Below, piece after piece: positions 38,564 through 49,406 of a stretch of DNA of 64,000 nt. This DNA is from Bacillota bacterium. GTDB taxonomy: Bacteria; Bacillota; DTU025. The translations under genes and the position numbers were made by a program. Under the pieces are notes generated by a model, which was not told where the DNA came from, made no database searches, and worked only from the letters and a program-made list of their open reading frames with translations. The stretch spans positions 480,001 through 544,000 of the forward strand of contig JBMNJT010000008.1 in assembly GCA_050951805.1 (NCBI GenBank), in the 5' to 3' direction. Position 1 is the stretch's first letter. Every line of letters starts with the position of its first letter.

Positions 38564-41065
38564 CTACACGTTCTTGCGCATCTCCGCCACTATCTCCTCC
38601 CTGGCGGCAGAGAGCATTCGTTCGGCTTCGGCGCCTGTGGAGCCCTCGGCATAGATCATAAAGGATGGATGCACAGGATCGGGCAGCACCATATACCATG
38701 CATCTCCAAAAGATCTCCTATATCCATCGTACGTTTCCACAGTAGGATCGTCCAACTTGCTGAGGAGTTCTCTCATCGCCTGTCCCTTTAGCTCCCAGGG
38801 ACAGGGCACAGTGTCGAAGAGAAGGTGATGTTCGGGAACGAGCTGCGCCAGTTGGGAGAGGGGAGCGGCATCTCGTGCCACCAGTTCTGTAAACTTTGCG
38901 GCGCCAAATATGGCGTCAAAGCCGTTGTGCAGGTTGGGAAAGATGAAGCCGCCAACCAGGTCGGATGATATGGACGACTTACTCGTGCGTGCTAGGTCGG
39001 CAAGGCTTCTTGCATTAGCCCTAGCCCGGTATACCGTTGCGCCATTGGCGGTAAGCGATTGTGTAAATACTGACGGCATATAGCTGGGCATGGCAACGTT
39101 CCGTGAATCCCTCGAGCGCACTGTTAGAAGTGAGAAGAGATAGGCTAGCTCCATGTCGGTCAATACGCGTCCTGTGTCATCGGTTACCCACATCTTCGTT
39201 CCCTGCGGGTCTATGGCAATGCCCATGTCGGCATCGACCGTTTTGACTATTAGGGCAAGTTCATCGAGGGATTCTACGAATTGTTCGGCGGACTTTGGCA
39301 TCTTAGTCTCCTGCTCAATGGCATTGAGCGATGTGACTTCCACGCCCATCCTAACCAACATCGATGGGAGGATACTTCCTCCAAAACCATAACCGCAGTC
39401 TACTACGAGTTTCATCCGGTTGGCTTTTGTCGTTTCCACGTCGATACGGGAGAGACAATCCTCGGTGTAGATATCGATTGCTCTGGGATAGTAGCCTATG
39501 CCGCCCACTTCACGGGCGCTCGTGCGGCGAGGGTCTTCACGCGCCAACAAGGTTTCGAGCTTGCGCTCTGCTTCGCGCGACAGTGCCAGGCCTTCCGAAT
39601 CGAACACATTGATATCCACCAGCTCGTAGTTTCTGTCTGAGGTCTGCATGTGTATTGCATAGGCAAAATCTCCGCGTTTGACCATGTGAGAAAGGATAGG
39701 CGCCGGCACACCCTGCAAGTCGCATACTGTTACTCCTGAGCTCGATAGGCCGGCGGCAAGGGCGCGTTTCATCATCCTCGCTGTTCGGCTGGGATCACGG
39801 CTTACTATGACGCTTTCACCCTTCTTCATCGTTCCCCCAATCGCGTTGCCCAGTCTCAGCGCGAATTCAGGAGCGAATTCGAAGTTGACCAGCCCGGATA
39901 TTTTGCCCGAATGGAATAGCTCGCGCCTCAGACGTTGCTCCCACACTACGCTCGATGACAGCACCACGCTCTCATCTATGCTCTTGCCGGGCCATACTCG
40001 AATGCCGGGTTTTACTGTGACGCTGCGGTTTAGAATGGAATCGTCGGAGATTACTGCGCCTTCCCCAACGCGGACGCTATCTTTGAGCACCACATTCTTG
40101 CAGATTATGGAGCCCGACACGATCGAGTTTTCGCCTATGTAGGAGTTGCTAAAGACCGTCGACCTTACAACAAAGGAGTTGGGGGCCACGATTACGTTAT
40201 CACCGATGACGGTGAATTCGCGCAGCCTTGCGCCAGGGGCTATTTCGCAGTTTTCCCCCAGAACCATGGGACCTTTGAGGTCGGCCCTGGAACTTATTTT
40301 GGCGGATCGGCCCACCCAGATACCGGGTGTAATCTGCTCGCCCGGGATATTAAGCTTGACTTTGCCGGAAAGCGCGTCTACTTGGGCTTTGAGATACATG
40401 TCAATGTTGCCGACATCGCACCAGTAGCCGTCAGCCACGTATCCGAAGAGCGGTTGGCCCTCCCGGAGCAGAAGGGGGAAGAGATCACGCGAGAAGTCGA
40501 AGTCCACGCCTGGAGGGATGAAATCGAAGACTGCGGGTTCAAGTATGTAGATCCCTGTGTTGATTGTGTCGGAGAATACTTCAGCCCACCCCGGCTTTTC
40601 CAGGAAACGCTGTATGCGTCCATCTTTATCCGTTATGACCACACCGTATTCAAGAGGGTTATCGATGTGTGTGAGAAGAATCGTGGCGATGGCCCCGCGG
40701 CTTCTGTGAAATTCGTGCGCCCGTGTGAGATCGAAATCTGTCAGCAGATCGCCTGAAATGACGCAGAAGGTTTCATCGAAGTGTTCCTCGAGGTTTTTGA
40801 CTCCGCCGGCGGTGCCTGGAAGTTTTTCTTCGACCTTGAACTTGAGGGACAGGCCTAGTGCAGATCCGTCACCGAAGTATGATTCTATCTGATCGGCAAG
40901 GTAGTAGAGGTTGGAATATACGTCGCGGACCCCGTGAGATTTCAACAGCAGGAGTATATGCTCCATGATCGGTCGATTCGCTATGGGGATCATAGGTTTC
41001 GGGCGTGTTGCCGTGACTGGTCTCAGTCGGGTACCTTCTCCGGCGCCAAGGAGCATGGCCTTCAT
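38564..41065 (-). CDS. Mannose-1-phosphate guanylyltransferase-like nucleotidyltransferase fused to hexapeptide repeats and a phosphomutase-like domain
   Basis: LGAGEGTRLRPVT...PKPM, FLEKP, GYWCDVG, left-handed beta-helix repeats, C-terminal PMM/PGM fold; ATG 41065. Confidence 0.87.
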   Translation of the reverse strand: MKAMLLGAGEGTRLRPVTATRPKPMIPIANRPIMEHILLLLKSHGVRDVYSNLYYLADQIESYFGDGSALGLSLKFKVEEKLPGTAGGVKNLEEHFDETFCVISGDLLTDFDLTRAHEFHRSRGAIATILLTHIDNPLEYGVVITDKDGRIQRFLEKPGWAEVFSDTINTGIYILEPAVFDFIPPGVDFDFSRDLFPLLLREGQPLFGYVADGYWCDVGNIDMYLKAQVDALSGKVKLNIPGEQITPGIWVGRSAKISSRADLKGPMVLGENCEIAPGARLREFTVIGDNVIVAPNSFVVRSTVFSNSYIGENSIVSGSIICKNVVLKDSVRVGEGAVISDDSILNRSVTVKPGIRVWPGKSIDESVVLSSSVVWEQRLRRELFHSGKISGLVNFEFAPEFALRLGNAIGGTMKKGESVIVSRDPSRTARMMKRALAAGLSSSGVTVCDLQGVPAPILSHMVKRGDFAYAIHMQTSDRNYELVDINVFDSEGLALSREAERKLETLLAREDPRRTSAREVGGIGYYPRAIDIYTEDCLSRIDVETTKANRMKLVVDCGYGFGGSILPSMLVRMGVEVTSLNAIEQETKMPKSAEQFVESLDELALIVKTVDADMGIAIDPQGTKMWVTDDTGRVLTDMELAYLFSLLTVRSRDSRNVAMPSYMPSVFTQSLTANGATVYRARANARSLADLARTSKSSISSDLVGGFIFPNLHNGFDAIFGAAKFTELVARDAAPLSQLAQLVPEHHLLFDTVPCPWELKGQAMRELLSKLDDPTVETYDGYRRSFGDAWYMVLPDPVHPSFMIYAEGSTGAEAERMLSAAREEIVAEMRKNV

Positions 41066-41624
41066 AACCCCACCCCCGTATTGATATGATAATGCTGCCT
41101 TTTTGCTCCATACTTGGCAGCTCGATTGATCAATAATGGGTTTCGACGAGGACGAGCGAAGTCCTTCAGACACGACTGATGGGTTTGCGGTAGGGGGATT
41201 TGCACAGAAACTGAGCAGAATTCGGTCAGCGGCTCCTGCAGCCAGGTAGTTGGGTTTCGATTGGCGGTCGGCTTACGGCAGTTCTCTAACGAATGCCATT
41301 TGGGAATTTCAAGCTCCATCGTTATCGACTTTTACAAACTTTCGCCACTGAAACTATACTGAAACGAGCATTTCGGCATTGAAGAAGAAAGCGATGAATT
41401 ACTGTGAACTGCAATCGCCACGCGTGTCCCCAGAGGCTCGGACTATTGGCTCAACACCAAATGCCCGGGGTGAACCGAATTCAGTATGGATTTTGCGGCT
41501 CCAATCGGCTAGTGTTTGTAGTAGGTCGTGCTGATGCGCTCGATAGAAGGTATAATGAGCGCTTTCGTAGAAAAAGAAGCAGTTAGGCAATGGGAAAAGG
41601 CGCGATATGAGAGGAGGCGCCGGA

Positions 41625-42413
41625 ATGCGGGATGTACAGAACTTTCCGGATTTACGGGGCATCAACATACAGAAGGTTGGTGTAAAGGATGTGCATCTGC
41701 CTCTGCAGATCGCTGCGAGAGAGGGCGGCTGCCAGTCGGTGCTGGGAATTGTGTCGTTATCTGTGGCACTTCCAATGCAGTTTAAGGGGACTCACATGAG
41801 CAGATTCATGGAAGTCCTTTTGCCGTGGAGCAGGAAACCCATATCAAATGTGGAGATACTCGCTATCCTCAAGGAGACGTGCGAGGCCCTTTCAGCGCAA
41901 CGGGCGGACATATCCATAAGGTTCAAGTATTTTGTTCCAAGGATTGCGCCAGTCAGTGGCAAAGAGAGCATCCTCGATTACAACTGCAGTTTTGAGGGAA
42001 CTTTGGACGGCAAACGCCACTCGTTTGCTATGGGCGTCGAGGTTCCGGTCACATCATGTTGCCCATGCAGCAAGGAGATTTCCGAATACGGCGCCCACAA
42101 CCAGCGTGCAATGATTCGGGCTCGGGTGAAGTTTAGTTCTGCCGGGTTTCTGTGGCTTGAGGACTTGATCGAGCTTCTAGAGTCGGAGGGAAGCTGTGAG
42201 ATTTACCCCCTCCTGAAGCGCGAGGATGAGAAATACGTGACTGAGGCTGCCTATGACAACCCCAAATTCGTGGAGGACATACTTCGGGATGTTGTTATAC
42301 GGCTGCGGAATGAGCCGCGAGTGAGATGGTTCGAGGTAGAGTGCGAAAGCATGGAGTCGATCCATAACCATTCGGCATTTGCGTGTCACGTCGAAGACAA
42401 GAGGATGGTGTAG
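41625..42413 (+). CDS. folE2: GTP cyclohydrolase IB
   Basis: KGTHMSRF, TSCCPCSKEIS..GAHNQR, NPKFVED and ESIHNHSA. Confidence 0.95.
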   Translation: MRDVQNFPDLRGINIQKVGVKDVHLPLQIAAREGGCQSVLGIVSLSVALPMQFKGTHMSRFMEVLLPWSRKPISNVEILAILKETCEALSAQRADISIRFKYFVPRIAPVSGKESILDYNCSFEGTLDGKRHSFAMGVEVPVTSCCPCSKEISEYGAHNQRAMIRARVKFSSAGFLWLEDLIELLESEGSCEIYPLLKREDEKYVTEAAYDNPKFVEDILRDVVIRLRNEPRVRWFEVECESMESIHNHSAFACHVEDKRMV

Positions 42414-44378
42414 GTGTCGGTTCTTGAAATAGATTCCTTGAAGAAATCTTTTGGTGCTTCTCCCATATTCGAAGATGTCTGCCTGTCTGTCGCCGAAGGC
42501 GATCGCATTGGCCTTGTTGGACGGAACGGGAGCGGCAAGAGCACGCTTCTGAAGATCATCGCCGGAATCGAGGATTACGATTCGGGCTCTGTGGCTCTTG
42601 CTTCCGGCTGCGAGGTGGGGTACCTCGCTCAAGGTAAAGAATACACATCAGGAAACAGCCTTTATGAAGAGATGAAAAGGGCCTTTGCGAAGACGTTCGA
42701 GATAGGGGCCGCGATGCGGGAGCTGGAAAGCCGGATGTCCGATCCCGAGATTATTGCGTCAGAGCGCGAGCTTGACAGGGTAATGCGACGGTACTCCCGG
42801 CTCACTGCCGATTACGAGCTTCTTGGAGGCTATGATTATGATGTTCGCATCAAGTCTACCCTTTTCGGGTTGGGGTTTGTCGAAGAGGACCTTGAGAGAA
42901 TCATCGACACTCTCAGTGGAGGCCAGAAGGTGCGCGTGGCTCTTGCGCGCATGCTGGTTTCTGCGCCCAACTTGCTTCTGCTCGATGAACCCACGAACCA
43001 CTTGGATGTGAATGCATGTGAATGGCTTGAGGATTACCTTGCGGCCTTTAATGGCGCTTTCATAGTAATCTCCCATGATAGGTACTTTCTCGATGCCACG
43101 GTGGATCGCATATGGGATATAGATGATCTGAAGGTTGTGGAATATCCGGGGAATTACACATTCTTCGCGGCTGAGAAGGAGCTAGCGCGGCAGAGGCAGG
43201 CCCAGGAGTACCAGCGGCAACAGGAGACGATACAGAAGCTGGAGGCGTACATTAGGCGGTACAAGGCGGGAAACCGCAGCACAATGGCGCAAAGTCGCGA
43301 GAAGATGCTTGCCAGAATAGAACGCATCCAGAAGCCCAGGGAAGATTCACAAATGAAACTGTCGTTTGGCAAGGCGGCGCGCTCCGGCCGTTTGGCTGTT
43401 TCTGTTAGCGGTGTATCGAAGAGTTATGGAGATAAGACACTTTTTGAAGCTGTAGATCTTGCAGTGGAACGCGGGGAGAGGTTGGGTGTTGTTGGACCTA
43501 ATGGCTCTGGGAAGACGACATTTCTGCGAATAATCGCAGATGATCTGGCTCCTGATTCCGGCTCAGTGGACTTTGGCGAAAACGTGACTTTGGGCATATT
43601 CTGGCAAGACCTTGCAGGCCTCGATGATACACTGACTGTCCTTGACGAACTGTACCGCGCCCGAGATTGGACATTAGGTGAGGCCAGGAGTTACGCAGCG
43701 CGCTTCCTTTTTCGAGGGGAGGACGTGTTCAAGCCCGTGAAGGCACTTTCGGGCGGGGAACGCAATCGCCTTATCCTTGCCAAGCTTATCTTGAATGGGC
43801 CTAATCTGTTGTTGCTCGACGAACCCACTAACCACCTCGACATAGAGTCACGCCACGCATTGGAAGAGGCTATTGCCGAATTCGATGGGACTGTGATATG
43901 TGCAAGCCATGATAGATACTTCCTTGACCAGACAGCTACTTCCATACTTGAGATAGCTGATGGCCGCTGGAAGTTGTATAACGGCAACTATAGCTACTAC
44001 CGTGAGAAAAAGACCCGAGACGAGGCAGAAGCCGCCCGTGTTGCTGCAGAAAATGCCGAGGCTGCGCTGGAGGCGAGGTTGAAGGCTTCGGGAGTGGCGC
44101 CAATGCGTGCCAAGGCACGGGCAGGCGCTTCAGGACGTGATGGAGTCGGTCACGCTCAGGCTGTTGTGGAGGCCATTGAGGCTGAGATCGAACTCAAGGA
44201 GACACAGGTTGGCAAGGTCGAAGCGGAGCTTGCTTCAGAGGAGTTGTATGTCGACGGCGAGCGTGCGCGGGAGGCAGTGCTGATCCATCGGCAGCTCACG
44301 GAGGAGCTTGAGGCTTTGTACGAGGCATGGGAAAAGGCATTGGACGAAGTTGATGTGACTGGGGGATGTGAGGATTGA
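42414..44378 (+). CDS. ABC-F family ATPase (ribosome-associated) with C-terminal coiled coil
   Basis: Two ABC domains (GRNGSGKST, GPNGSGKT), DEPTNHLD twice, no transmembrane segments. Confidence 0.92.
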   Translation: MSVLEIDSLKKSFGASPIFEDVCLSVAEGDRIGLVGRNGSGKSTLLKIIAGIEDYDSGSVALASGCEVGYLAQGKEYTSGNSLYEEMKRAFAKTFEIGAAMRELESRMSDPEIIASERELDRVMRRYSRLTADYELLGGYDYDVRIKSTLFGLGFVEEDLERIIDTLSGGQKVRVALARMLVSAPNLLLLDEPTNHLDVNACEWLEDYLAAFNGAFIVISHDRYFLDATVDRIWDIDDLKVVEYPGNYTFFAAEKELARQRQAQEYQRQQETIQKLEAYIRRYKAGNRSTMAQSREKMLARIERIQKPREDSQMKLSFGKAARSGRLAVSVSGVSKSYGDKTLFEAVDLAVERGERLGVVGPNGSGKTTFLRIIADDLAPDSGSVDFGENVTLGIFWQDLAGLDDTLTVLDELYRARDWTLGEARSYAARFLFRGEDVFKPVKALSGGERNRLILAKLILNGPNLLLLDEPTNHLDIESRHALEEAIAEFDGTVICASHDRYFLDQTATSILEIADGRWKLYNGNYSYYREKKTRDEAEAARVAAENAEAALEARLKASGVAPMRAKARAGASGRDGVGHAQAVVEAIEAEIELKETQVGKVEAELASEELYVDGERAREAVLIHRQLTEELEALYEAWEKALDEVDVTGGCED

Positions 44379-45865
44379 CATTGAGGGTTGGGGCCTACAC
44401 CGAGGCATGCAACAGGGCAATGGAGACGGCCAGAAGGCTTGGAGTTTATGCTATCGTTCGTATTCAGGACAAGACTGAGCGTGCAGTGGGCGTAATGAAT
44501 GGGCAGACTGACCTGTTGAGCATCGAGGAGCTTTCAGGCGTGGGGGTACAGATCTTTACTTTTGAAGGTTACTCGGGGTTTGCATCGTCCGATATGATAA
44601 CCTTAGAGTCTCTCGAGCATCTTGTTGAGTCTGCAACGAATCTAGCCAAGGCGTCTGCTAAATACGGAGCTCAGCCTTCTCGCGAGATAAATCAGGCGAG
44701 GCCGTTGATACGCGATATCGACGTGCCCGTCCCCATGGGCCTTGACAGCATATCCCATGATGAAGAGGAACGCCTTGTCCGCGAGGTGTGCGAGACAGCA
44801 ATGAAGATCGATCCAAGGCTGGCTGTTCGCTCTTTCTACCGCATCGCCAATGAACAGTGGCGCGTAGTCAGAAGCGATGGCACCGATACAATGTTCTCTA
44901 TGCCCCGGTCGGCTGCGATGAACATGATTACCGCCAGAGACGGCGGACGGGCGGCAAGCGCTAACGCCTCGCTCGCAGGGGCGGACGCAAGTATTATTGC
45001 ATCTTCAGATGGGCGAAGTCGACTTGATAAGCGGACGCGGAAAGCGGCGCTCACCGCTCTTGCGCTTCTCGATGCGCCGCGCGTTGCAGCGGGCCCATAC
45101 AGGGTAGTGATAGACTACGCTTTGGCGAAGGGGCTTGCACATGAAGCTTTTGGGCATGCGGCTGAATGCGATGGAATGGAGACCTCGATTTTGGGTCTAA
45201 ACGGGAAGTTTCGGAAGGGGCATCGCGTTGCATCAGATATTGTGAACATAGTCGATGGTCCCGTTGAAGGGGATTACGCGTACCAGCCGATATCGGCGAA
45301 TGGGATCTTCCGCGCCACTGTCGACATTGTCCGCCGAGGCCAGCTCTGTTGCGGGCTGGCAGATATATTCTCCGCTGAGCGCGCAGGCGTTCCAGTTACG
45401 GGAGCGGGAAGAGCGGAGAGCTTCCGCCACGTGCCCGTGCCCAGGATGACCAATATACGAATAACGGTGGAGAATCCTTTGCCCATTCACAAGGAATTCG
45501 AAGACGTCGAGCCTGAAGACGTGAGAGATGTTCTTGCTCGCGCGGGCCTGCTCCTAGATGATGAGCCAGTGCTGTATCTTTCGGGATATAAGGGAGGCCA
45601 GGTCAACCCGGCCAAGGGTGATTTCGTCTTCAATTGTTCTGCCATCTACGAGCTGACGCATGATGACATTCGCATCTGTCAGCCCGCCATATTCAGCGGC
45701 AAGGTCCTCTCGGCCCTTGGCTCGATCATTGCAGGTATCGGCGAGCCGATGATAGATGCGATGGGTACGTGCGGGAAATCGGGGCAATCTGTCCCCTCAA
45801 GCGGGGGCGGGAATATGTTCCTTGTAATCGATGGAAATGACGAGATAACGATCGGGGGAGTATGA
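44375..45865 (+). CDS. tldD: TldD family metalloprotease
   Basis: HEAFGHAAE zinc motif, PRMTN, GGQVNP..GDF and GTCGKSGQ with conserved Cys. Confidence 0.88.
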   Translation: MTLRVGAYTEACNRAMETARRLGVYAIVRIQDKTERAVGVMNGQTDLLSIEELSGVGVQIFTFEGYSGFASSDMITLESLEHLVESATNLAKASAKYGAQPSREINQARPLIRDIDVPVPMGLDSISHDEEERLVREVCETAMKIDPRLAVRSFYRIANEQWRVVRSDGTDTMFSMPRSAAMNMITARDGGRAASANASLAGADASIIASSDGRSRLDKRTRKAALTALALLDAPRVAAGPYRVVIDYALAKGLAHEAFGHAAECDGMETSILGLNGKFRKGHRVASDIVNIVDGPVEGDYAYQPISANGIFRATVDIVRRGQLCCGLADIFSAERAGVPVTGAGRAESFRHVPVPRMTNIRITVENPLPIHKEFEDVEPEDVRDVLARAGLLLDDEPVLYLSGYKGGQVNPAKGDFVFNCSAIYELTHDDIRICQPAIFSGKVLSALGSIIAGIGEPMIDAMGTCGKSGQSVPSSGGGNMFLVIDGNDEITIGGV

Positions 45866-45866
45866 A

Positions 45867-47177
45867 ATGTCCTCTGTCACTGAAATTGCTGAGGCGCTGG
45901 AGAAGACTCTTTCACAGGCGAGAGGTTGGCGGTTCGTAGCGAAATCCACGGAATCCGTGGACATAGGTGTCGACGATTCGAAACTGGGCGGAGCTTACAG
46001 TCCCCCGAGGTCATCATCGGAGATTTCCGGGAATGTCTTCATTGTATGGGAAGATGGCCGATGCAGTCGCGGGAGAGTCGACAGCAAGATTTTGGACCGT
46101 CTTCCGCGTGAGTTGGATCTTTGGAGATCCCTCGCCTACCGTGATGACGATGCTGCCTACATATGGGATCTGGAGTCCCCCGCTGATGTAAAGCTATTCG
46201 ATCCTAAAGTCGCTGGGGTGGTCCAGGGTGATCCTACGCCGGCGTTTGAGGGTATCGGTAGGATAGTAGAGGCTGCCCGAGACAGTGGATCAATGGTGGT
46301 GGATGCCCGGGTGTGCTGTTCGGCAGGGGAGACAGTTGTGGCAACATCAAACGGGCTGTGGGCGAAGTACTCTGAGACAGGCGCATGGTGCTACTGGTAT
46401 CTCGACAAGACTCTCGGAGACGGTAGATACGGGAGGACGACCGGGACGTGGGAGGCGCTGGACGAATCGGTGGAGTGGACGGCAAGGATCGTGGATGCGG
46501 CCAGGATCCCTGCTTCCAGCAATTCAGGAACGATGCGCGTGATCATGTCGCCGAGTGTTGTGGACTCATTTATCGGCCATTATATTGCCTTCAATCTGAG
46601 TGGGGAGAACGTCGCTGAGGGGAGATCCAGGTACGAGGTCAGACAGTTTCGCGGTGGTGAGCCGGCGCTAAGAGACGATATGCAGGTAGCTTTGGACACT
46701 GCTGTTCCAATGGGCCCTGGCTCGTATCCGTGCACAGTGGAAGGAGTCGCCTCAGGCAGGGCTGATCTGATCAAGGATGGTAGGCTTGTTACGCCAGTGC
46801 TCAATCTGAAGTATGCTCGTAGATGCAACATGCAGCCAACTCCGCTGCCATCTCGGGGATTGTCGCCGGGTTATGCCGGGATGTTGCTGAGGACAGAGAA
46901 TATGGGAGCGGCCGAGAGCTTGCTCGAGGAATGCCAGGACGCGCTGCTTGTTTGCAGCGTTCTGGGCATGCATACCCAGGACCCTGTCTCAGGTAATTTT
47001 TCCCTGGCGGCGCCGGAGGCGATAGTCGTGAAGGGTGGTGAAATGCTCGGGTCTGTGAAGGCGGTCATATCCGGCAACTTCTTTGATGCCCTCAACTCAA
47101 GGCAAACTCGTTTGAGTCTGGATGATCAACATCCAAATCCGTGGATGGAATGTCTGTGCCATGTTGAAGTGGGGTAG
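45867..47177 (+). CDS. TldE/PmbA family protein
   Basis: LIKDGRL, VLGMHTQDPVSGNFSL, ISGNFFD; no HExxxH; directly follows tldD. Confidence 0.82.
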   Translation: MSSVTEIAEALEKTLSQARGWRFVAKSTESVDIGVDDSKLGGAYSPPRSSSEISGNVFIVWEDGRCSRGRVDSKILDRLPRELDLWRSLAYRDDDAAYIWDLESPADVKLFDPKVAGVVQGDPTPAFEGIGRIVEAARDSGSMVVDARVCCSAGETVVATSNGLWAKYSETGAWCYWYLDKTLGDGRYGRTTGTWEALDESVEWTARIVDAARIPASSNSGTMRVIMSPSVVDSFIGHYIAFNLSGENVAEGRSRYEVRQFRGGEPALRDDMQVALDTAVPMGPGSYPCTVEGVASGRADLIKDGRLVTPVLNLKYARRCNMQPTPLPSRGLSPGYAGMLLRTENMGAAESLLEECQDALLVCSVLGMHTQDPVSGNFSLAAPEAIVVKGGEMLGSVKAVISGNFFDALNSRQTRLSLDDQHPNPWMECLCHVEVG

Positions 47178-47306
47178 ACAAGAGGGAGCTCTCACAAGAA
47201 TGTTCAGTCCTGCTTTGCGCCAAGAGGCGATGGGGAGCGCGACTGCTTTCGAAGATGTCGAAGGAAGTCGACGCTGATGCATAAGAGTATTCGAAGTGGA
47301 GGGTTG

Positions 47307-48500
47307 ATGATGAAGCTGTCAGAAAGGGCTAGGGCGATCAAGCCGTCGCCCACTTTCGCGGTTGAGGCGAAGGCGCGCGAGATGCGCGCTAGGGGGATCG
47401 ATGTGATTGGATTCGGTGCCGGGGAGCCTGACTTTGACACTCCAGAACACATCCGCGATGCCGGAATTGACGCGATTAACAGCGGATTCACTCGCTACAC
47501 TCCGACGGCGGGGATTCCTGAGTTAAAGGAGGCCATCGTCGCGAAACTCCGACGTGACAACGGACTAGACTATGAGCCTTCGCAGATCATAGTCTCCTGT
47601 GGAGCCAAGCATAGCCTATACAATGCGTTTCAGGTGCTGTGCGGGCCTGGGGACGAAGTCATCATTCCTGCTCCATACTGGGTGAGCTATCCGGATCAGG
47701 TGAGGATGTCGGGGGCTCGGCCGGTGATCGTCGATACATCATCCACTGATTTCAAGATCACACCCCGTGTGCTAGCGGATGCGATTACGCCTAGGACTCG
47801 GGCAATCATCTTGAACTCGCCGTCAAACCCAACGGGGGTGATGTACTCACAGGATGAGCTTTCGGCTATCGCCGAAATCGTTGTGGAGAATGATCTCTTT
47901 GTGGTTTCGGACGAGATCTATGAAAGGCTACTATACAGGGGAGCCGAATTTGTTTCCATAGCCGCTTTGGGCGAAGAGATAAAGGCACGGACATTGGTGG
48001 TCAACGGGGTTTCGAAAACTTATGCTATGACAGGGTGGCGGATAGGCTACGCTGCGGGAGATTCCGAGCTTATTTCCGCCATGAACAAAATCCAGAGCCA
48101 CAGCACATCCAATCCTTGTTCGATTTCGCAGAGGGCAGCCTTGGCCGCGATCACAGGACCGGATGAGCCTGTCCAGTACATGGTGGAACAGTTCCGGGTG
48201 CGCGGGGAGTACATGCACGAGAGACTGAGTGGGATGCCGGGAATCGAATGTGTCGAGCCTGTCGGGGCCTTTTATTGCTTTCCGAAGGTATCAAGTTATT
48301 ACGGAAAGACTTTGGCCGGTGAAGTTGTGAAGGATTCGGTAAGTTTTGCCGACGCCATACTGGAGAAGGCCCACGTCGCTGTGGTGGCTGGCGCGGGTTT
48401 TGGGACAGAGGATTACGTAAGGATGTCGTACGCAACTTCCCTGGAGAAGATAAAGGAGGGGCTTGATAGGTTAGAGCAGGCTCTCTCCGAGATGAAGTAG
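47307..48500 (+). CDS. PLP-dependent class I aminotransferase (AspB-like)
   Basis: GEPDFDTP, NSPSNPTG, SDEIYE and SKTYAMTGWRIGY (PLP lysine). Confidence 0.93.
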   Translation: MMKLSERARAIKPSPTFAVEAKAREMRARGIDVIGFGAGEPDFDTPEHIRDAGIDAINSGFTRYTPTAGIPELKEAIVAKLRRDNGLDYEPSQIIVSCGAKHSLYNAFQVLCGPGDEVIIPAPYWVSYPDQVRMSGARPVIVDTSSTDFKITPRVLADAITPRTRAIILNSPSNPTGVMYSQDELSAIAEIVVENDLFVVSDEIYERLLYRGAEFVSIAALGEEIKARTLVVNGVSKTYAMTGWRIGYAAGDSELISAMNKIQSHSTSNPCSISQRAALAAITGPDEPVQYMVEQFRVRGEYMHERLSGMPGIECVEPVGAFYCFPKVSSYYGKTLAGEVVKDSVSFADAILEKAHVAVVAGAGFGTEDYVRMSYATSLEKIKEGLDRLEQALSEMK

Positions 48501-48570
48501 GTTCTTTAGCATACAGGTCGCGCATGGATCTTCCCGAATTGGCGTGACCTGTCAGGTGGAGGTGGAGTTG

Positions 48571-49383
48571 ATGAGAATAGCCATAATAGGCGGAACCGGC
48601 GTATACGACCCTCGCATACTCTCAAATGTCAGAGAGGAGACCATTGATACTCCTTACGGCGATGCTGGCCTGAGAATAGGGGAATATCGGGGTGAGGAAA
48701 TCGCTTTCCTCGCGCGGCACGGATTCGGTCATACCGTTCCGCCACACATGATCAACTACAAGGCGAACATTGCGGCTCTGAAGATGCTGGGCGTTGAAAG
48801 AGTCATCGCCACGTCGGCGGTGGGCTCGCTCAACCCTGATATGCCTCCGGGCATGTTCGTCTTTTTCGATCAGTTCATCGATTTTGCCAAATCCGAGGTG
48901 CGGACTTTCTTTGATGGGGGCGAACATGGAGTAGTCCACCTCGATTACGGCGAGCCGTATTGTCCGGAGATAAGGGGCGTACTGTACGAAAAAGCAAGAA
49001 AGCTCGGGATTGAAGCCATCAATGGCGGGTGCTACGTATGCACCGACGGTCCTAGATTTGAGACTCCTGCGGAGATCAAGATGTTCGAGACTTTAGGCGG
49101 CGACCTGGTGGGAATGACGAGCGTTCCCGAAACGGTGCTGGCCCGCGAGGCCCAACTATGCTACTCATCCATTGCCATGATTACAAACTGGGCAGCGGGG
49201 ATCTCACCGACCCCCCTTACCCATCAGGAAGTTGTGGATATCATGGAGGCCAACGGAGAGAAGTTGCGTTCGCTCATCATGGCAACGATAGAAGATCTGC
49301 CGCAAGAGAGGGGATGCGGGTGTGCCGCAGCGGGGGTCGACATCCCATGGCTCGACGAGTACAAGAAGACGCATTGGAGATAG
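48571..49383 (+). CDS. mtnP: MTAP-family nucleoside phosphorylase, 6-oxopurine (methylthioinosine) signature
   Basis: IIGGTG, RHG.GH..PPH, GPRFETPAE, VGMT; base-specificity position reads TNWAAG rather than TDYD. Confidence 0.88.
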   Translation: MRIAIIGGTGVYDPRILSNVREETIDTPYGDAGLRIGEYRGEEIAFLARHGFGHTVPPHMINYKANIAALKMLGVERVIATSAVGSLNPDMPPGMFVFFDQFIDFAKSEVRTFFDGGEHGVVHLDYGEPYCPEIRGVLYEKARKLGIEAINGGCYVCTDGPRFETPAEIKMFETLGGDLVGMTSVPETVLAREAQLCYSSIAMITNWAAGISPTPLTHQEVVDIMEANGEKLRSLIMATIEDLPQERGCGCAAAGVDIPWLDEYKKTHWR

Positions 49384-49406
49384 CGTGGGGGGAGTGGGGG
49401 TAGAGC

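Noticed and set aside
41330-41520. T-box or THF riboswitch upstream of folE2 after a TTTACA/TATACT promoter-like pair
   Set aside because: AAAGCGATGAA resembles a T-box start, but no T-box sequence, terminator or THF aptamer core follows.
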